DNA from: Phycisphaerales bacterium
Lineage (GTDB): Bacteria; Planctomycetota; Phycisphaerae; Phycisphaerales; UBA1924
Assembly: GCA_965227775.1 (NCBI GenBank)
Contig: OZ245777.1
Coordinates: forward strand, 2,176,001-2,240,000
Length of the DNA: 64,000 bases
Reading direction: 5' to 3'
Below are positions 18,051-27,601 of the stretch, in pieces. Numbering within the stretch: position 1 is the stretch's first letter; every line of letters begins with the position of its first letter. A program made the position numbers and the translations under genes. The notes under the pieces were generated by a model. It did no database searches. It saw nothing but the letters and a program-made list of their open reading frames with translations, and was not told the DNA's origin.

Positions 18051-20309
18051 TCACAGCATCGAGCGATCAACGAGCAGCCCGCCGCCGTCCTCGTCGATGA
18101 GCGGGCCGCCCAACGCATCGAACGCCCAGTCGTTGACGGTCTCGACGGCCGCCGAGAGCATGACGCCGTGCTCTCGAGCGAGGGCCCTGGCTTCGTCCTC
18201 GCCCCAGCGGTCGCGTGCGATGACGGCCTCGTAGAAGCCGCGGAACCGCCCGAGGTCGGGTCCGGCCGCGGGCGCACCCCCTGGTTCGGGGAGCGCCGCC
18301 GCGACGGTCGGCTCCGCCGGCTCGACCTGGGGCGTGGCATCGTCGGGGAACTCGTCATCGATCGCCATCGCCTCGGCCAGGAGCACCGAGACCTCACGCG
18401 TCTCGGCCATGATCGCGCTGATGGCCTGGCGATCGAGTTGCAGGCCGCCGGCTGCTTCGCCTTCTTCATCCTGTTCCTGACTCGCGGGGGCCGGGATCGC
18501 TTCGCCGATCAGGTCCGCCCGGGTCCTGGCTTGCACCGTCATCGCCCGCTCGTCGGCCTCGGGCGCAACGTCCGCGATCGCTTCCTCGAGGACGTCGGGC
18601 TGCAGGCCCAGGGCGCGGAAGGCTGATCGGAGCGCGTTGCGTTCGCTGCGGTCGATGCCGTCCGTGGCCGCGGCGATGGCCACCAGCAGCCGCCCGACGC
18701 TGCGGCGCGCCTCCAGCGGGAGCACGTCCTTGAGCTTTCGCGCGATCGGGCGGATGTCCGAGCCCGTGCGCAAGAGCAGGCTGCGCAGCGCGTGGAGGCG
18801 CTGCTCCTCGGTGGGCGAGAGGTCGAACACCGCCTCGATGTGCTCCTCGATGGCGGCCAGCTCGGCCTCGTCGGCGCTGCCGTCCGCGAGCGCGACGTAC
18901 AGCCCCAGCCGCAGCACGCACACGGCGGCGTTGTAGCGCGCGGTCTGCACGTCGTCGTCCAGGCCCGGCAGCACGGCCACGAGCTCGTCCCACCCGTAGC
19001 GCACCGGCAGGAAGCGGGCGTCGGGCACGATGCCGTAGCCGGTGTGGCCGAGCGTCGCCGCCAGCGTGCGGCTCTGGCTGGCGGTCAAGCGCGGCCGCTG
19101 CTCCACGCCGACGAGCTCGGCGAACCGGCCGGCGCGCACGGCGGCGCCGGTCCCGTCGTCGTCGAGCGGCTGCGCGTCGGTGCGGAGCACGCCGGAGACC
19201 TCGTCGGTGAGCGGATGGTCGACGCTCCCGCGGAGCTCCTCGGGCATTGCCTCCCACGCGTCGACCGAGAGCTCCCCGTCCTCGATGGATGCCGACGCGC
19301 GCGACAGCTTCCGCAGGTCGGCGATGCAGGCGTTCCAGATCTCGGGTAGTTGTTTGAACTGGCTGGGGATGTTCTGCGGGCTGGGCACCTCGCAGGTCTG
19401 CTCCTCGAGCCCGCCGCTGGCCGGCTGGTACGCGAATCGCTTCGGCCGCTTGGAGACCCTGAGCGTCAGGCCCCCCTCGCCGAACGCCTCCTTGTAGCGG
19501 ATGGTGAACAGCGACTCGAACTCTTCGGGCACGCGCTTGGTGACCACGCTGCGCTGGGCCGCGGGATCGAGCGACGCCATCGCCATGGCCAGGCCGACCG
19601 GCAGCGGCGCCTCGTGGTGCGCCAGCCAGGCCAGCGGCGCGGCGAGCAGCTCGGGCGTCCACCGCTCGGTCAGGTCCACGGCGGCATCGAAGGCCGACTC
19701 GTTGACCGTCGCCGGCGTGCGCGCCACCTCAAACCACAGCAGGTGCGTGGTGTATCGACGGAAGGACGCGCCCTCCTTCGTCCCGACGCGCGGCGCGTCG
19801 AGCTCGCGCAGGCGGACGATCTCCTGCAGGCACCAGTTGCGGTCGACCCGGTCGACCAGCAGCCGGCGCTCCAGCCCGTAGTAGAACAGGAACAGCAGCC
19901 CATCCTGCGGCGGCAGGCGCACGCGCCCGCTTGCGAGCCACGCCAGGTACTGGTGGCGGGCGCCCGGCTCGATGTGCTGGTACCACGGCCAGTACCCGAC
20001 GTCGGCGATCGGGCCGCTCGATCGGGCGGCCGGCAGGCGCACGTCGATCTCCGAGGGCTCGCCCGACCGGCCGGGGCGCGCGTGCTCGGGGTGGCTCGCG
20101 TACACGCACGGCGCTTGAAGCCGGAAGCCGCCGACATCGAGCGTCGTGCCGAGCCCGAACCACCGCCGGTCGAACGCGGCGCTGCGCCTCGCTCCGCGGG
20201 ACGGCCCTCTCTGCCGAGGGGCGGGCCCTGGCGTGGGGACCAGCGAGAGATCAGGCTGCTGCCGCGGGCCTCTTGCAAATAGTCTCTTGATGATCGCTGA
20301 GAGCATCAT
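18051..20309 (-). CDS. sngA: Shango system TerB-domain protein (TerB_N + TerB + TerB_C)
   Basis: TerB_N GYWPWY..ARHQYLAWLASGR..LFLFYYGLERR; TerB ALADGSADEAE / ATDGIDRSE; TerB_C AVETVNDWAFDALGGPLID. Confidence 0.85.
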   Translation of the reverse strand: MMLSAIIKRLFARGPRQQPDLSLVPTPGPAPRQRGPSRGARRSAAFDRRWFGLGTTLDVGGFRLQAPCVYASHPEHARPGRSGEPSEIDVRLPAARSSGPIADVGYWPWYQHIEPGARHQYLAWLASGRVRLPPQDGLLFLFYYGLERRLLVDRVDRNWCLQEIVRLRELDAPRVGTKEGASFRRYTTHLLWFEVARTPATVNESAFDAAVDLTERWTPELLAAPLAWLAHHEAPLPVGLAMAMASLDPAAQRSVVTKRVPEEFESLFTIRYKEAFGEGGLTLRVSKRPKRFAYQPASGGLEEQTCEVPSPQNIPSQFKQLPEIWNACIADLRKLSRASASIEDGELSVDAWEAMPEELRGSVDHPLTDEVSGVLRTDAQPLDDDGTGAAVRAGRFAELVGVEQRPRLTASQSRTLAATLGHTGYGIVPDARFLPVRYGWDELVAVLPGLDDDVQTARYNAAVCVLRLGLYVALADGSADEAELAAIEEHIEAVFDLSPTEEQRLHALRSLLLRTGSDIRPIARKLKDVLPLEARRSVGRLLVAIAAATDGIDRSERNALRSAFRALGLQPDVLEEAIADVAPEADERAMTVQARTRADLIGEAIPAPASQEQDEEGEAAGGLQLDRQAISAIMAETREVSVLLAEAMAIDDEFPDDATPQVEPAEPTVAAALPEPGGAPAAGPDLGRFRGFYEAVIARDRWGEDEARALAREHGVMLSAAVETVNDWAFDALGGPLIDEDGGGLLVDRSML

Positions 20310-20586
20310 CCATGTTAGAAGCGGTGCGTGCCAAAACGGCTACCGGACCAGATACGACCCGGCGAGAGGATGTGCGTGTCAGTCAAGAGCGGCGCGGCTT
20401 GAGCACTGGGCTCGCTTGCCACCGCCCAAAACCCCGCACTCCCGGGCCATCCCCCTCGTCCCACAGAAAAACCGCCCTGGCGACCCCAGGAAAAGTTGAT
20501 GCTCAAGGATCAGTCGTTGATGGAGTTCCATCAGGAACCGACGGAGGGCCATCGAGAGCCAATCGAGCAACGCTGCCAGCACCAGC

Positions 20587-20890
20587 GCGCCGAAGATTAG
20601 GTCGTCCATGACGACCAGGTCGTTGGCGGGCCACGACTCGGTCACGCCCTCCTCCAAAGCGGAGTCGCCCGAGACGATGCGGACGCGGGTGACTATGGCC
20701 TCGTCGAACTTGACGCCCAGGAACGAGAGCGACTCGTTGCCGATCGACGCGATCCGCACGCAGTAGGTGCCCAGCGGCTCGTCATCGAGGCCGTAGAACG
20801 TCCGGCTGGTCTGGCGGGCGGTGTCGACATCGCTGGAGACGGCGCCGAAGCCGGTGCCGACGGTGGTGAAGACCACGCCGCGGGCACCTG
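20587..20890 (-). pseudogene. Internal fragment of a secreted (PEP-CTERM/dockerin-type) protein
   Basis: RGVVFTTVGTGF..SLSFLGVKFDEAIVTRVRIVSGDSAL..DLVVMDDLIFG has high-GC3 codons but no credible start or C-terminus. Confidence 0.45.
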
Positions 20891-20974
20891 GGGACGTGGG
20901 TAAGTTGAAGAATTTGCCCAGGAATCTTTGGGGGCGCTGACGGCGTCGGGAGCAGCGTCCCAGAACGACTCTGT

Positions 20975-21227
20975 TTGGCGCGCATTGGCGCACGATGCAC
21001 GCCGAGTACAGCAGACTCAGGCAGTCAAGTCGTGAACGGAACGGCTCATAGCCTTGGTATGCACGCCGCTTCGCCCCTTACCAAGGGTGCGCTCTACCAC
21101 TGAGCTACGGCGGCCTTGAGAATCAATACATACACCCCATGACCACAGATCGCAAGGGTTTCGTGCCATCGCCATTAAAACAGCTCATCTGACCATCGAC
21201 TTTATTCTGGCGCGCGTTTGGCGCACA
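20975..21227. mobile_element. attP-like site: arm repeats flanking a tRNA-Thr 5' fragment
   Basis: TTGGCGCGCA-TTGGCGCACG at 20975-20994 and CTGGCGCGCG-T-TTGGCGCACA at 21207-21227 lie on either side of the tRNA fragment, downstream of an integrase. Confidence 0.65.
21075..21114 (-). pseudogene. 5' half of tRNA-Thr(GGT) (att core)
   Basis: Minus strand GCCGCCG-TA-GCTCAGTGGTAGAGC-G-CACCC-TTGGTAA-GGG, then no variable loop, T-arm or acceptor 3' strand. Confidence 0.9.
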
Positions 21228-21472
21228 TGGGCGTGGTCGACGCCATCGCGGTCGCGTTTCGATGCACACGATGTTCCCAAACGTGCGTCTTCACGCACGT
21301 CAGAGAGCAATGGTCCATGCGGTGTGGTACTGCGGATACGCTAGTCCGGATTGAGTTGTTGCTGGCAATCGGCGGATTCATCAGAGCACTTTTGCACACG
21401 TGCCAGAAGCGTTGAATGCCTCTGGCCAGTAGGAGTTGGGAGCTGTACCAGCCGACCAGGGTGCGGTCTGGA

Positions 21473-22588
21473 TCAGTGACAGTAGTCGGGTTGAAAGCTC
21501 GTTGTTGGAGTGTTTGGGTCGAACCCGAACAGCATGTCGAGAGCGTCCGTCGCTTCTTTGAGGAAGTCTACGTGGTGCTTGCCGTACAGCTCCGTTGTTC
21601 GCTGCTCGGAGTGCCCCAGCATGCCCGCGACCTGTCGGATCGGGACTCCGTTGGCAAGCATGAGCGTCGCCCCGGTGTGGCGGAGCGTGTACGGCGTGAC
21701 GCCCTCCAGTCCTGCCTCATGGCTCGCCGTCGCGAAGGACCGGCGAACGTGTGATACGGGTCGTCCGCGGTACTCGACCACGAATCCGGAGGTCGACTCT
21801 TCGACCGCTCTGAGGAGCACTGGCCGAAGTGTCCGCGTGATCGGAACCACAGGCCGCTGTTTACGCGTCTGCACCGCATCGTGCGGGAGAAAGTTTATCA
21901 GATCACTCTTGAAGTTGATGTGATCGACGTGCAAGGACAGAATCGCGCTGGTCCGTTGTAGCGTGTGCAGCCCACACATGACGAATACGAAGAGGTAGAA
22001 GTCCTTGCACGCCGCGATCAGGCGATGGACTTCTTCCGGGAACAAAAAACGTTGTCGTGGCGGAGGCTCGGGCAGTGACTGGATGTACGGCGGATGTGTG
22101 AGGACCCCTTCCCGCCACGCATCGTTCAGGGCGGCCCTCATGACCCGGAGCTCGCGGGACAGCGTGCCGTTCGAGCCCGTGTACCCCCGCGATAGGAGAT
22201 CGCGTCGCCGCCACTCGATGTAGCACTCCTGGACCGCCCGCGTGAGCTCGACCACCGTGACGATGTCGTTGGTGGTCAGGAACGCCGTCCAGTGCTTGAG
22301 CGCGGTTTCCTCGGCGGTTCCGCGACGCTTGCCACGGATGGTTCGTTCGACGTACGCCGTCAGGAGTCCGAGGAGGTCGAGTTGCTCGGGCGGCGTCGGC
22401 CCGAGCGAGACTCTGTTGTGGACGAACTCGACCAGTCGCTGCTTGGCCAGATCGACGTTGCTGGTTTTGGTGCTCCGCTTCTTAGCCCTCCGGGATCCGG
22501 GCCGGTACCAGGTGATGTAGAGGTTTTCCGAGTCGGGACGCTTGACCAGCCTGTGGCCCTGGTACTCCCAGATGGGTTCGTAGAACAA
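21473..22588 (-). CDS. Tyrosine recombinase / phage-type integrase
   Basis: LQRTSAIL (R), RKQRP (K), PYTLRHT, MLGH, LYG (Y); N-terminal arm-binding segment LYITWY..KKRSTKT; TTG start after CAGGAG. Confidence 0.9.
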   Translation of the reverse strand: MFYEPIWEYQGHRLVKRPDSENLYITWYRPGSRRAKKRSTKTSNVDLAKQRLVEFVHNRVSLGPTPPEQLDLLGLLTAYVERTIRGKRRGTAEETALKHWTAFLTTNDIVTVVELTRAVQECYIEWRRRDLLSRGYTGSNGTLSRELRVMRAALNDAWREGVLTHPPYIQSLPEPPPRQRFLFPEEVHRLIAACKDFYLFVFVMCGLHTLQRTSAILSLHVDHINFKSDLINFLPHDAVQTRKQRPVVPITRTLRPVLLRAVEESTSGFVVEYRGRPVSHVRRSFATASHEAGLEGVTPYTLRHTGATLMLANGVPIRQVAGMLGHSEQRTTELYGKHHVDFLKEATDALDMLFGFDPNTPTTSFQPDYCH

Positions 22589-22750
22589 GTCGACTCCTGC
22601 TGTTTTTCGAGGTAGCGGTTCAAGATGGCCTCGGTAAAGAACACCCGCGACCCGATGCGGACGCAGCCGAGGCGTCCGCTTAGGCGTTCGCGGTCGACCG
22701 TGCTGCGATGGACGCGGAGCAGCTTTGCCGCTTCAGTCACCGTTAAGAGC
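22360..22750 (-). CDS. Excisionase-like HTH protein (start uncertain; tail overlaps integrase)
   Basis: LLTVTEAAKLLRVHRSTVDRERLSGRLGCVRIGSRVFFTEAILNRYLE, directly upstream of the integrase. Confidence 0.7.
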
Positions 22751-23033
22751 CTGGGGAGTCCAGTACGCTCGGGACTGGTTGGGCCCCCGCGTGCGGGATC
22801 AGTCCCGCCACCAGCATCTCCGGCTTGATCCGAAGCGCTTGTGCGATGCGGATCATTCGGCCGGCTGTCATCGGATCGATGCCCGTCTCGTAGTCGTCGA
22901 GCTGGTCCGTCGAGATGCCCAGCATCGAAGCTGCCTGTTCCTGCTCCAGATCGAGCAGCTCCCGCACGCGGATCAACCGCTGGCCGATCCGATAGTCGAG
23001 CTCCTGCTCGAGCTTCTGTGGGTCGTTCGTCAT
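22743..23033 (-). CDS. XRE-family HTH regulator
   Basis: IGQRLIRVRELLDLEQEQAASMLGISTDQLDDYETG; SD AAAGGAGA. Confidence 0.8.
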   Translation of the reverse strand: MTNDPQKLEQELDYRIGQRLIRVRELLDLEQEQAASMLGISTDQLDDYETGIDPMTAGRMIRIAQALRIKPEMLVAGLIPHAGAQPVPSVLDSPGS

Positions 23034-23165
23034 GGTCGTCTCTCCTTTCGTTGTTGCCATGACGCGCACGCCCGGGTTGTGAAGTCAATCGCGATCGTGC
23101 GGTTTCGGGTTGTTTTGTGCAACCTTGTTGCGCCGAATCCACGCTCAGGCTCAGATCGTTGCGCT

Positions 23166-23657
23166 TCATGACGGGTCCTCCACGCCCGGGTAGGCGATCG
23201 TGGGCTCACCCCGTCGGCGGAGCACTTCGTTGGCCTTCTGCACGATGCGTCGCACATCGCTCGACCGGCCATCGAGCAGGAACACGCCCGAGCGTGTGAA
23301 CCGAGCCCGGCCACCAAGGACGTCCAGGGCTCGGACCACCGGGGCCGTGAGCGGGCCGTTGTCGTTGGAACCCATGGGATCATCGTCGGGATAGTCCGGC
23401 GACCACGGCAGCACCATGCGTCGGCCGTACCGTGGGTGCGGGACGTGCTTGGCGCATTGTGGTGGCGACGTGTCCAGGAAATCGGCCAGCGTCACCTGGC
23501 CGTCCGTGAGGTCGAGGATCTTCTGCAGGATCGTGGGTTGTGGGATCCGCTCGCCGGTCAGGTATCGCCAGACCGTCGATCGGCGTTGGACGCCGAGCAT
23601 CCGTCGGAGCTGCGTCGGCGTCTGGGAGTTCTCATAGAGATAGTCTGCGAGTTTCAT
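23166..23657 (-). CDS. Cro/YdaS-like HTH protein with C-terminal extension
   Basis: MKLADYL..LGVQRRSTVWRYLTGERIP..ILDLTDGQVTLADF. Confidence 0.75.
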   Translation of the reverse strand: MKLADYLYENSQTPTQLRRMLGVQRRSTVWRYLTGERIPQPTILQKILDLTDGQVTLADFLDTSPPQCAKHVPHPRYGRRMVLPWSPDYPDDDPMGSNDNGPLTAPVVRALDVLGGRARFTRSGVFLLDGRSSDVRRIVQKANEVLRRRGEPTIAYPGVEDPS

Positions 23658-24088
23658 GCCCGCAGCGATACCGCAACCCGGGATTGTGCTCAATCACCCG
23701 TTGCCAACCGGGACGTGTGGTTTCAAGGAGACACTTACTCGATGCGAGGAGATGATCGATCTCAGAAGAAGAGGCCCCTCGGGCTCAGCTCGTCCGGCAG
23801 GTGACGGGAGGGCTGCGCGTTCGACCGAGATTTCGATTTCGATGCGTTTGTCCGATGCAGCCTGCGCGTGATCGCATCGGGGCCCACACGTGGGTGAGGC
23901 CCCGACGGCAATCACGTTCGGCAGATCGAGCCGAATTGACCGAGCCACGAGGTTGGCTTGGAGACTGGTCCCTACGGCACTCTCCGCCTTACCTCACGAG
24001 GCGAAGCAGCGAGACCACGCCAAACGTCGGCTAATCACAGTTGATCGATTGAGTTGCTGCATACCGGCGGCAGGCGGACACCAGGCGT

Positions 24089-24919
24089 CTATGGGCAGCC
24101 GGCGTCGAAAGCGTTCTGAAAGGCGAGGAAGTCGAAGATGGTCAGCTCGCCATCGCCATCGAAGTCGGCCGAGGTATCGCCGATGTCGAATTGGTTTTGG
24201 AACAGGAGGAAGTCGAAGATAGTGAGCTCGCCATCGCCATCGAAGTCGGCTGGGCACGCCTGGGCGAGGATGGCGCGCAGCTCAACGAATTCGAGCGTGA
24301 TGTCGTCGACCGGTCGCGGTAGCCCAGCGCTGCGCGGTTGGTTGTTTAGCCCGTAGAAGACGGCGCGAACCTCTGTGAAGTCGAAGCCGTCCTCAATGAT
24401 CCAGTCGCTATCGGCGAACAGCGTTCGGACGGTCGAGTCGCCGGCGGGCACGATGAGGTCGACGACGGCGACCTTGCGTTCGACCGTTCCCGATGGTCCG
24501 TCGTCCTCGACGGTAAAGCCGAAGAGAAACGACTCGCTGGCACTGCGGATGTCAGCCTCGAATCCGATGATTCCAAGGTCTTGGAAGTCCAGTCCCAGGC
24601 TCGCTCCAGCGGCGCCGGCGTCGTTGGGGTACTGGCCGGCCACGAGCGTGTCGGAGGCGTCGGGGTCGTTGTAACGCACGGCACCAACATCGTCGCCGGA
24701 GACGAAGGCGTCATCTTGAATGAGGAGCGGCAGCGTACCTCGGAAGATGGCGATCAGTCCCTGGTCACCGAACAGCTCATCGCTGTTGTCGGCGTCGAAG
24801 TCATCCAACAGGACAGTCTCCTGGGCGGTCGCCGTGCTGGTGGCAAGTAGGCCGAGGGCTGGGAGCACAATCATGCCGAGGGCGGCAGCTGTGATTCGGT
24901 GGTTGCGTCTGTACGGCAT
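24089..24919 (-). CDS. Secreted GC-type dockerin-anchored protein
   Basis: Signal peptide ending ATAQ; C-terminal CPADFDGDGELTIFDFLLFQNQF..FDAGCP; SD GAAGGAGA. Confidence 0.9.
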   Translation of the reverse strand: MPYRRNHRITAAALGMIVLPALGLLATSTATAQETVLLDDFDADNSDELFGDQGLIAIFRGTLPLLIQDDAFVSGDDVGAVRYNDPDASDTLVAGQYPNDAGAAGASLGLDFQDLGIIGFEADIRSASESFLFGFTVEDDGPSGTVERKVAVVDLIVPAGDSTVRTLFADSDWIIEDGFDFTEVRAVFYGLNNQPRSAGLPRPVDDITLEFVELRAILAQACPADFDGDGELTIFDFLLFQNQFDIGDTSADFDGDGELTIFDFLAFQNAFDAGCP

Positions 24920-25013
24920 GTCTCTCTCCTTCTGGGATCCGGTGTGTTACCCGTTCGCTTGATCGAGTTGCTAATCCTTCGCTGGGTACTCTAGTGTGGT
25001 TCCTACAAATATC

Positions 25014-25028
25014 GTATTTTAAAAATAC
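25014..25028. promoter_or_regulatory. AT-rich palindrome (putative operator) between divergent genes
   Basis: GTATTTT-A-AAAATAC is a perfect inverted repeat in a GC-rich context. Confidence 0.45.
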
Positions 25029-25065
25029 TCTTTGACTCCTTGCGATTTCGAGGCATGATTCGAGC

Positions 25066-26316
25066 GTGGGATCCTCTCTCCAAAGACAATCCTGGGCATC
25101 TGACGACGATATCGAGCACGCCGGTCGCCACTTGCTTGAGTGCATCAGGTCTTCGTTCGGGCCATCAATCGCCGAACTCCCTCTCAAGGTGGCAACGGCC
25201 CAACTGGGCATCGACCGAGGGCTCGCGTGGAAGCTCCAGCGGCTGCTGACGATCGAGAATCCGTTCCAGGCACTCCATGAGAGCCCATCGCCTCCGGGGC
25301 TGCAGAAGCTTGCGGCGGCCGCGGCTTCACTTGGCAAGGGAACCGAAAGCGGAGCACCGCTACTTGAGGCGGCGGGCGCAATGGGCGCGTTGCTTGATCG
25401 CTTCCCCGACGGCCGCAACGGCCTGCGGGCCGCCCTGTGCCACAGCGTGCCACAGGCCAAGATGGCCGCTGATCGTGATGCCCGACGCATGCTTGCCCAG
25501 GCCACATCGCACCTGAACGGCTTTGCTGCCGACGTGTCGTACAGCGTGACACTGTTGCGGCCAGCTCCTGACGGCCACGATGCCATCCTCCGCGCCAGGG
25601 CCGCCGGCATCTTCGGATTCCGTCGGCTTCGGCAGGACCTGGCCCACCGGGTGCTCGTGACAACCATGCCCCAGTCAGAAGCCGGTGATGGCGAGGATTG
25701 GAACCTGACCACGCTCGACGGCACGGCTTCGGACGACCTCGGCGACTACATCTTGTCCGAATTCACGACCATCGACACCAAGGCAATGAAAATCGAGCGT
25801 CGCGGCCGAAACTGCACGCTCTGGTGCCCACCGGATGCGCCGTCGATCAACCGGCCCGGCGATTTCGTCTTTGGCCAGCGGGCTGGACGGTTGTCTCCGC
25901 GCTACCGCACCGACGAAGATGACTACACCCACTACGCAGCCTCAAACAGGATGGGATCGGGAGTCCTCGTGGCGGACCTGCTGCTCCACCAAGACGCGTA
26001 CCCGGATGCCGATCCGCCGCTCTTGGTGCAAACGATGGTTACCGAGATCGATCCGCGAAACATCAGCGGCCCGCCGTCCTCGATCCCCTCGCCGCTCGAC
26101 CAGCCGGTAGAGATCATGCCTCTTGGCACGGGCATCGATCTGGCAGGCTGCCCCGATCTTGACGCGGCGCCATCAATCCTTGCCGAAGTGCTCGGTCGAG
26201 CCGGTGAAGACGCTGCAGACTACCGGCTCTATCGATTCCGCCAGACCTATCCCGTGCCCCAGGGCGTGTGGATTTTCTGGTTCCCGCTCCCCGAACGCCC
26301 GGCCGCGTCGGACTGA
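25066..26316 (+). CDS. Hypothetical protein, possible regulator with N-terminal HTH
   Basis: 416-aa ORF with HTH-like VATAQLGIDRGLAWKLQRLL; divergent from the dockerin gene. Confidence 0.65.
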   Translation: MGSSLQRQSWASDDDIEHAGRHLLECIRSSFGPSIAELPLKVATAQLGIDRGLAWKLQRLLTIENPFQALHESPSPPGLQKLAAAAASLGKGTESGAPLLEAAGAMGALLDRFPDGRNGLRAALCHSVPQAKMAADRDARRMLAQATSHLNGFAADVSYSVTLLRPAPDGHDAILRARAAGIFGFRRLRQDLAHRVLVTTMPQSEAGDGEDWNLTTLDGTASDDLGDYILSEFTTIDTKAMKIERRGRNCTLWCPPDAPSINRPGDFVFGQRAGRLSPRYRTDEDDYTHYAASNRMGSGVLVADLLLHQDAYPDADPPLLVQTMVTEIDPRNISGPPSSIPSPLDQPVEIMPLGTGIDLAGCPDLDAAPSILAEVLGRAGEDAADYRLYRFRQTYPVPQGVWIFWFPLPERPAASD

Positions 26317-27121
26317 AGTGCAGAATGCCGTGCAACCGACCTGGCCGTCTGCACGGACGGTGCGCAACAACTCGAAGAAGAGTGCCGCTTGCCTCGATGC
26401 CGGGGTGAGCGAATCCGAATTTCGATGCTCCCGGCCTGTCTCCCGGGGCGTCGATCCGGGGTCGGCAATGTCGCTTGCGGCGTGCCGGCCCCAACTCGAT
26501 CATGTGCTTCAAGAAGATTGGCTGAAATTTAGATGCGCACAAACTGCGCGTTGTGGCTACGCTCGCGGCCGAGGGAGAACTGTCCGCGTGCTGGCCGGTT
26601 GCGGCTCCAAGGGCGGGCCGGCCAGCAGCGGCAGCCCGGGTGATCTCAGGACAGCTCGGGTGCAACTCGTGTAACACTCCGCGGCTCAACACACCGCGGC
26701 GCGTATAGCCCCGTTCGTACGTCGCGGGAGCCACGAGGGCCGCGGGCTTGCCACACCGGCGAGCCCGCGGTCGTCTGCGTTATGCTCGGATTCAGAGTTC
26801 CCAAGGGCTTGCGCGACCAAGGGGCCGCTCTTGCGACGCTCCGCGGTAAACTGGGTAAGACGCGTCACCTTGTTCTCCCTGTCGGGTGCTCGGCACCCGG
26901 GGTGACGGTCGGCCAGCGGGCCCGCTGCGTGCAGGGGCCCGCTTGCTCTTGTGGGCTCCGAGCCAGCCTCCACCCGTGAGCTCCAGATCGTGCACTCGCT
27001 GGGCACGAGGACGCCCGAAGTGCCCGTCACCGCCATAGCAAGTCGAGTCAACACCAATCATCTCCATCCAACACCCGTGCAAATGCCGTCCGATCCCACC
27101 TACTTAGGTGTACGATCGAGC

Positions 27122-27601
27122 ATGCAGGATCGACGAGCACGCTTCATCACGCCCGCTTTCGATAGAGCGTCTCGCGAGAATCTGAAGTCCGTGGTGGCCC
27201 ACGCGATGCGGCTTGCGCTCGAGCACGGTGGTGACGGCCTGCTCATCACTTTCACGACGAAGCATAACCTCGACAACGTGCGCGATCTTCTGGTCCCGAT
27301 CATCGGCGAGCTTGGCATCTGCCTGCTTGCGAGCAAGGGACGCCTCGAGAGTGAGCTGAGCTTGCAGATTGAGACCGATCGGACCCTCTCGACGATGTAC
27401 GAATGGAGCGGCCCGGTACTGATGGTGTACCCCACCGAGACCATGCTCGTTCGGATCAGTGAAGTGCGGGGCATCACCCACGAATTCTTGGTACCGCTCG
27501 CGCTAAGCGAGCACATCAGGACCTGGTCGGCAGCCCACCGCCCAACACCAATGTTCGATGCGGCATACCTGCCGAACACCACCGAGCTCGATCCTTGTTG
27601 A
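27122..27601 (+). CDS. Hypothetical protein (possibly C-terminally truncated)
   Basis: Alpha/beta-like 159-aa ORF from ATG 27122. Confidence 0.5.
   Translation: MQDRRARFITPAFDRASRENLKSVVAHAMRLALEHGGDGLLITFTTKHNLDNVRDLLVPIIGELGICLLASKGRLESELSLQIETDRTLSTMYEWSGPVLMVYPTETMLVRISEVRGITHEFLVPLALSEHIRTWSAAHRPTPMFDAAYLPNTTELDPC

Noticed and set aside
18051..20309. Tellurite-resistance operon
   Set aside because: Only a TerB domain inside SngA; no terC, terD or terZ.
21075..21114. Functional tRNA-Thr
   Set aside because: Lacks the T-arm and the 3' acceptor strand.
20975..23700. Prophage
   Set aside because: No structural, terminase or replication genes.
23978..23990. CTCTCCGCC as the second tRNA-Ser att copy
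   Set aside because: Too short and in the wrong orientation for a direct repeat.
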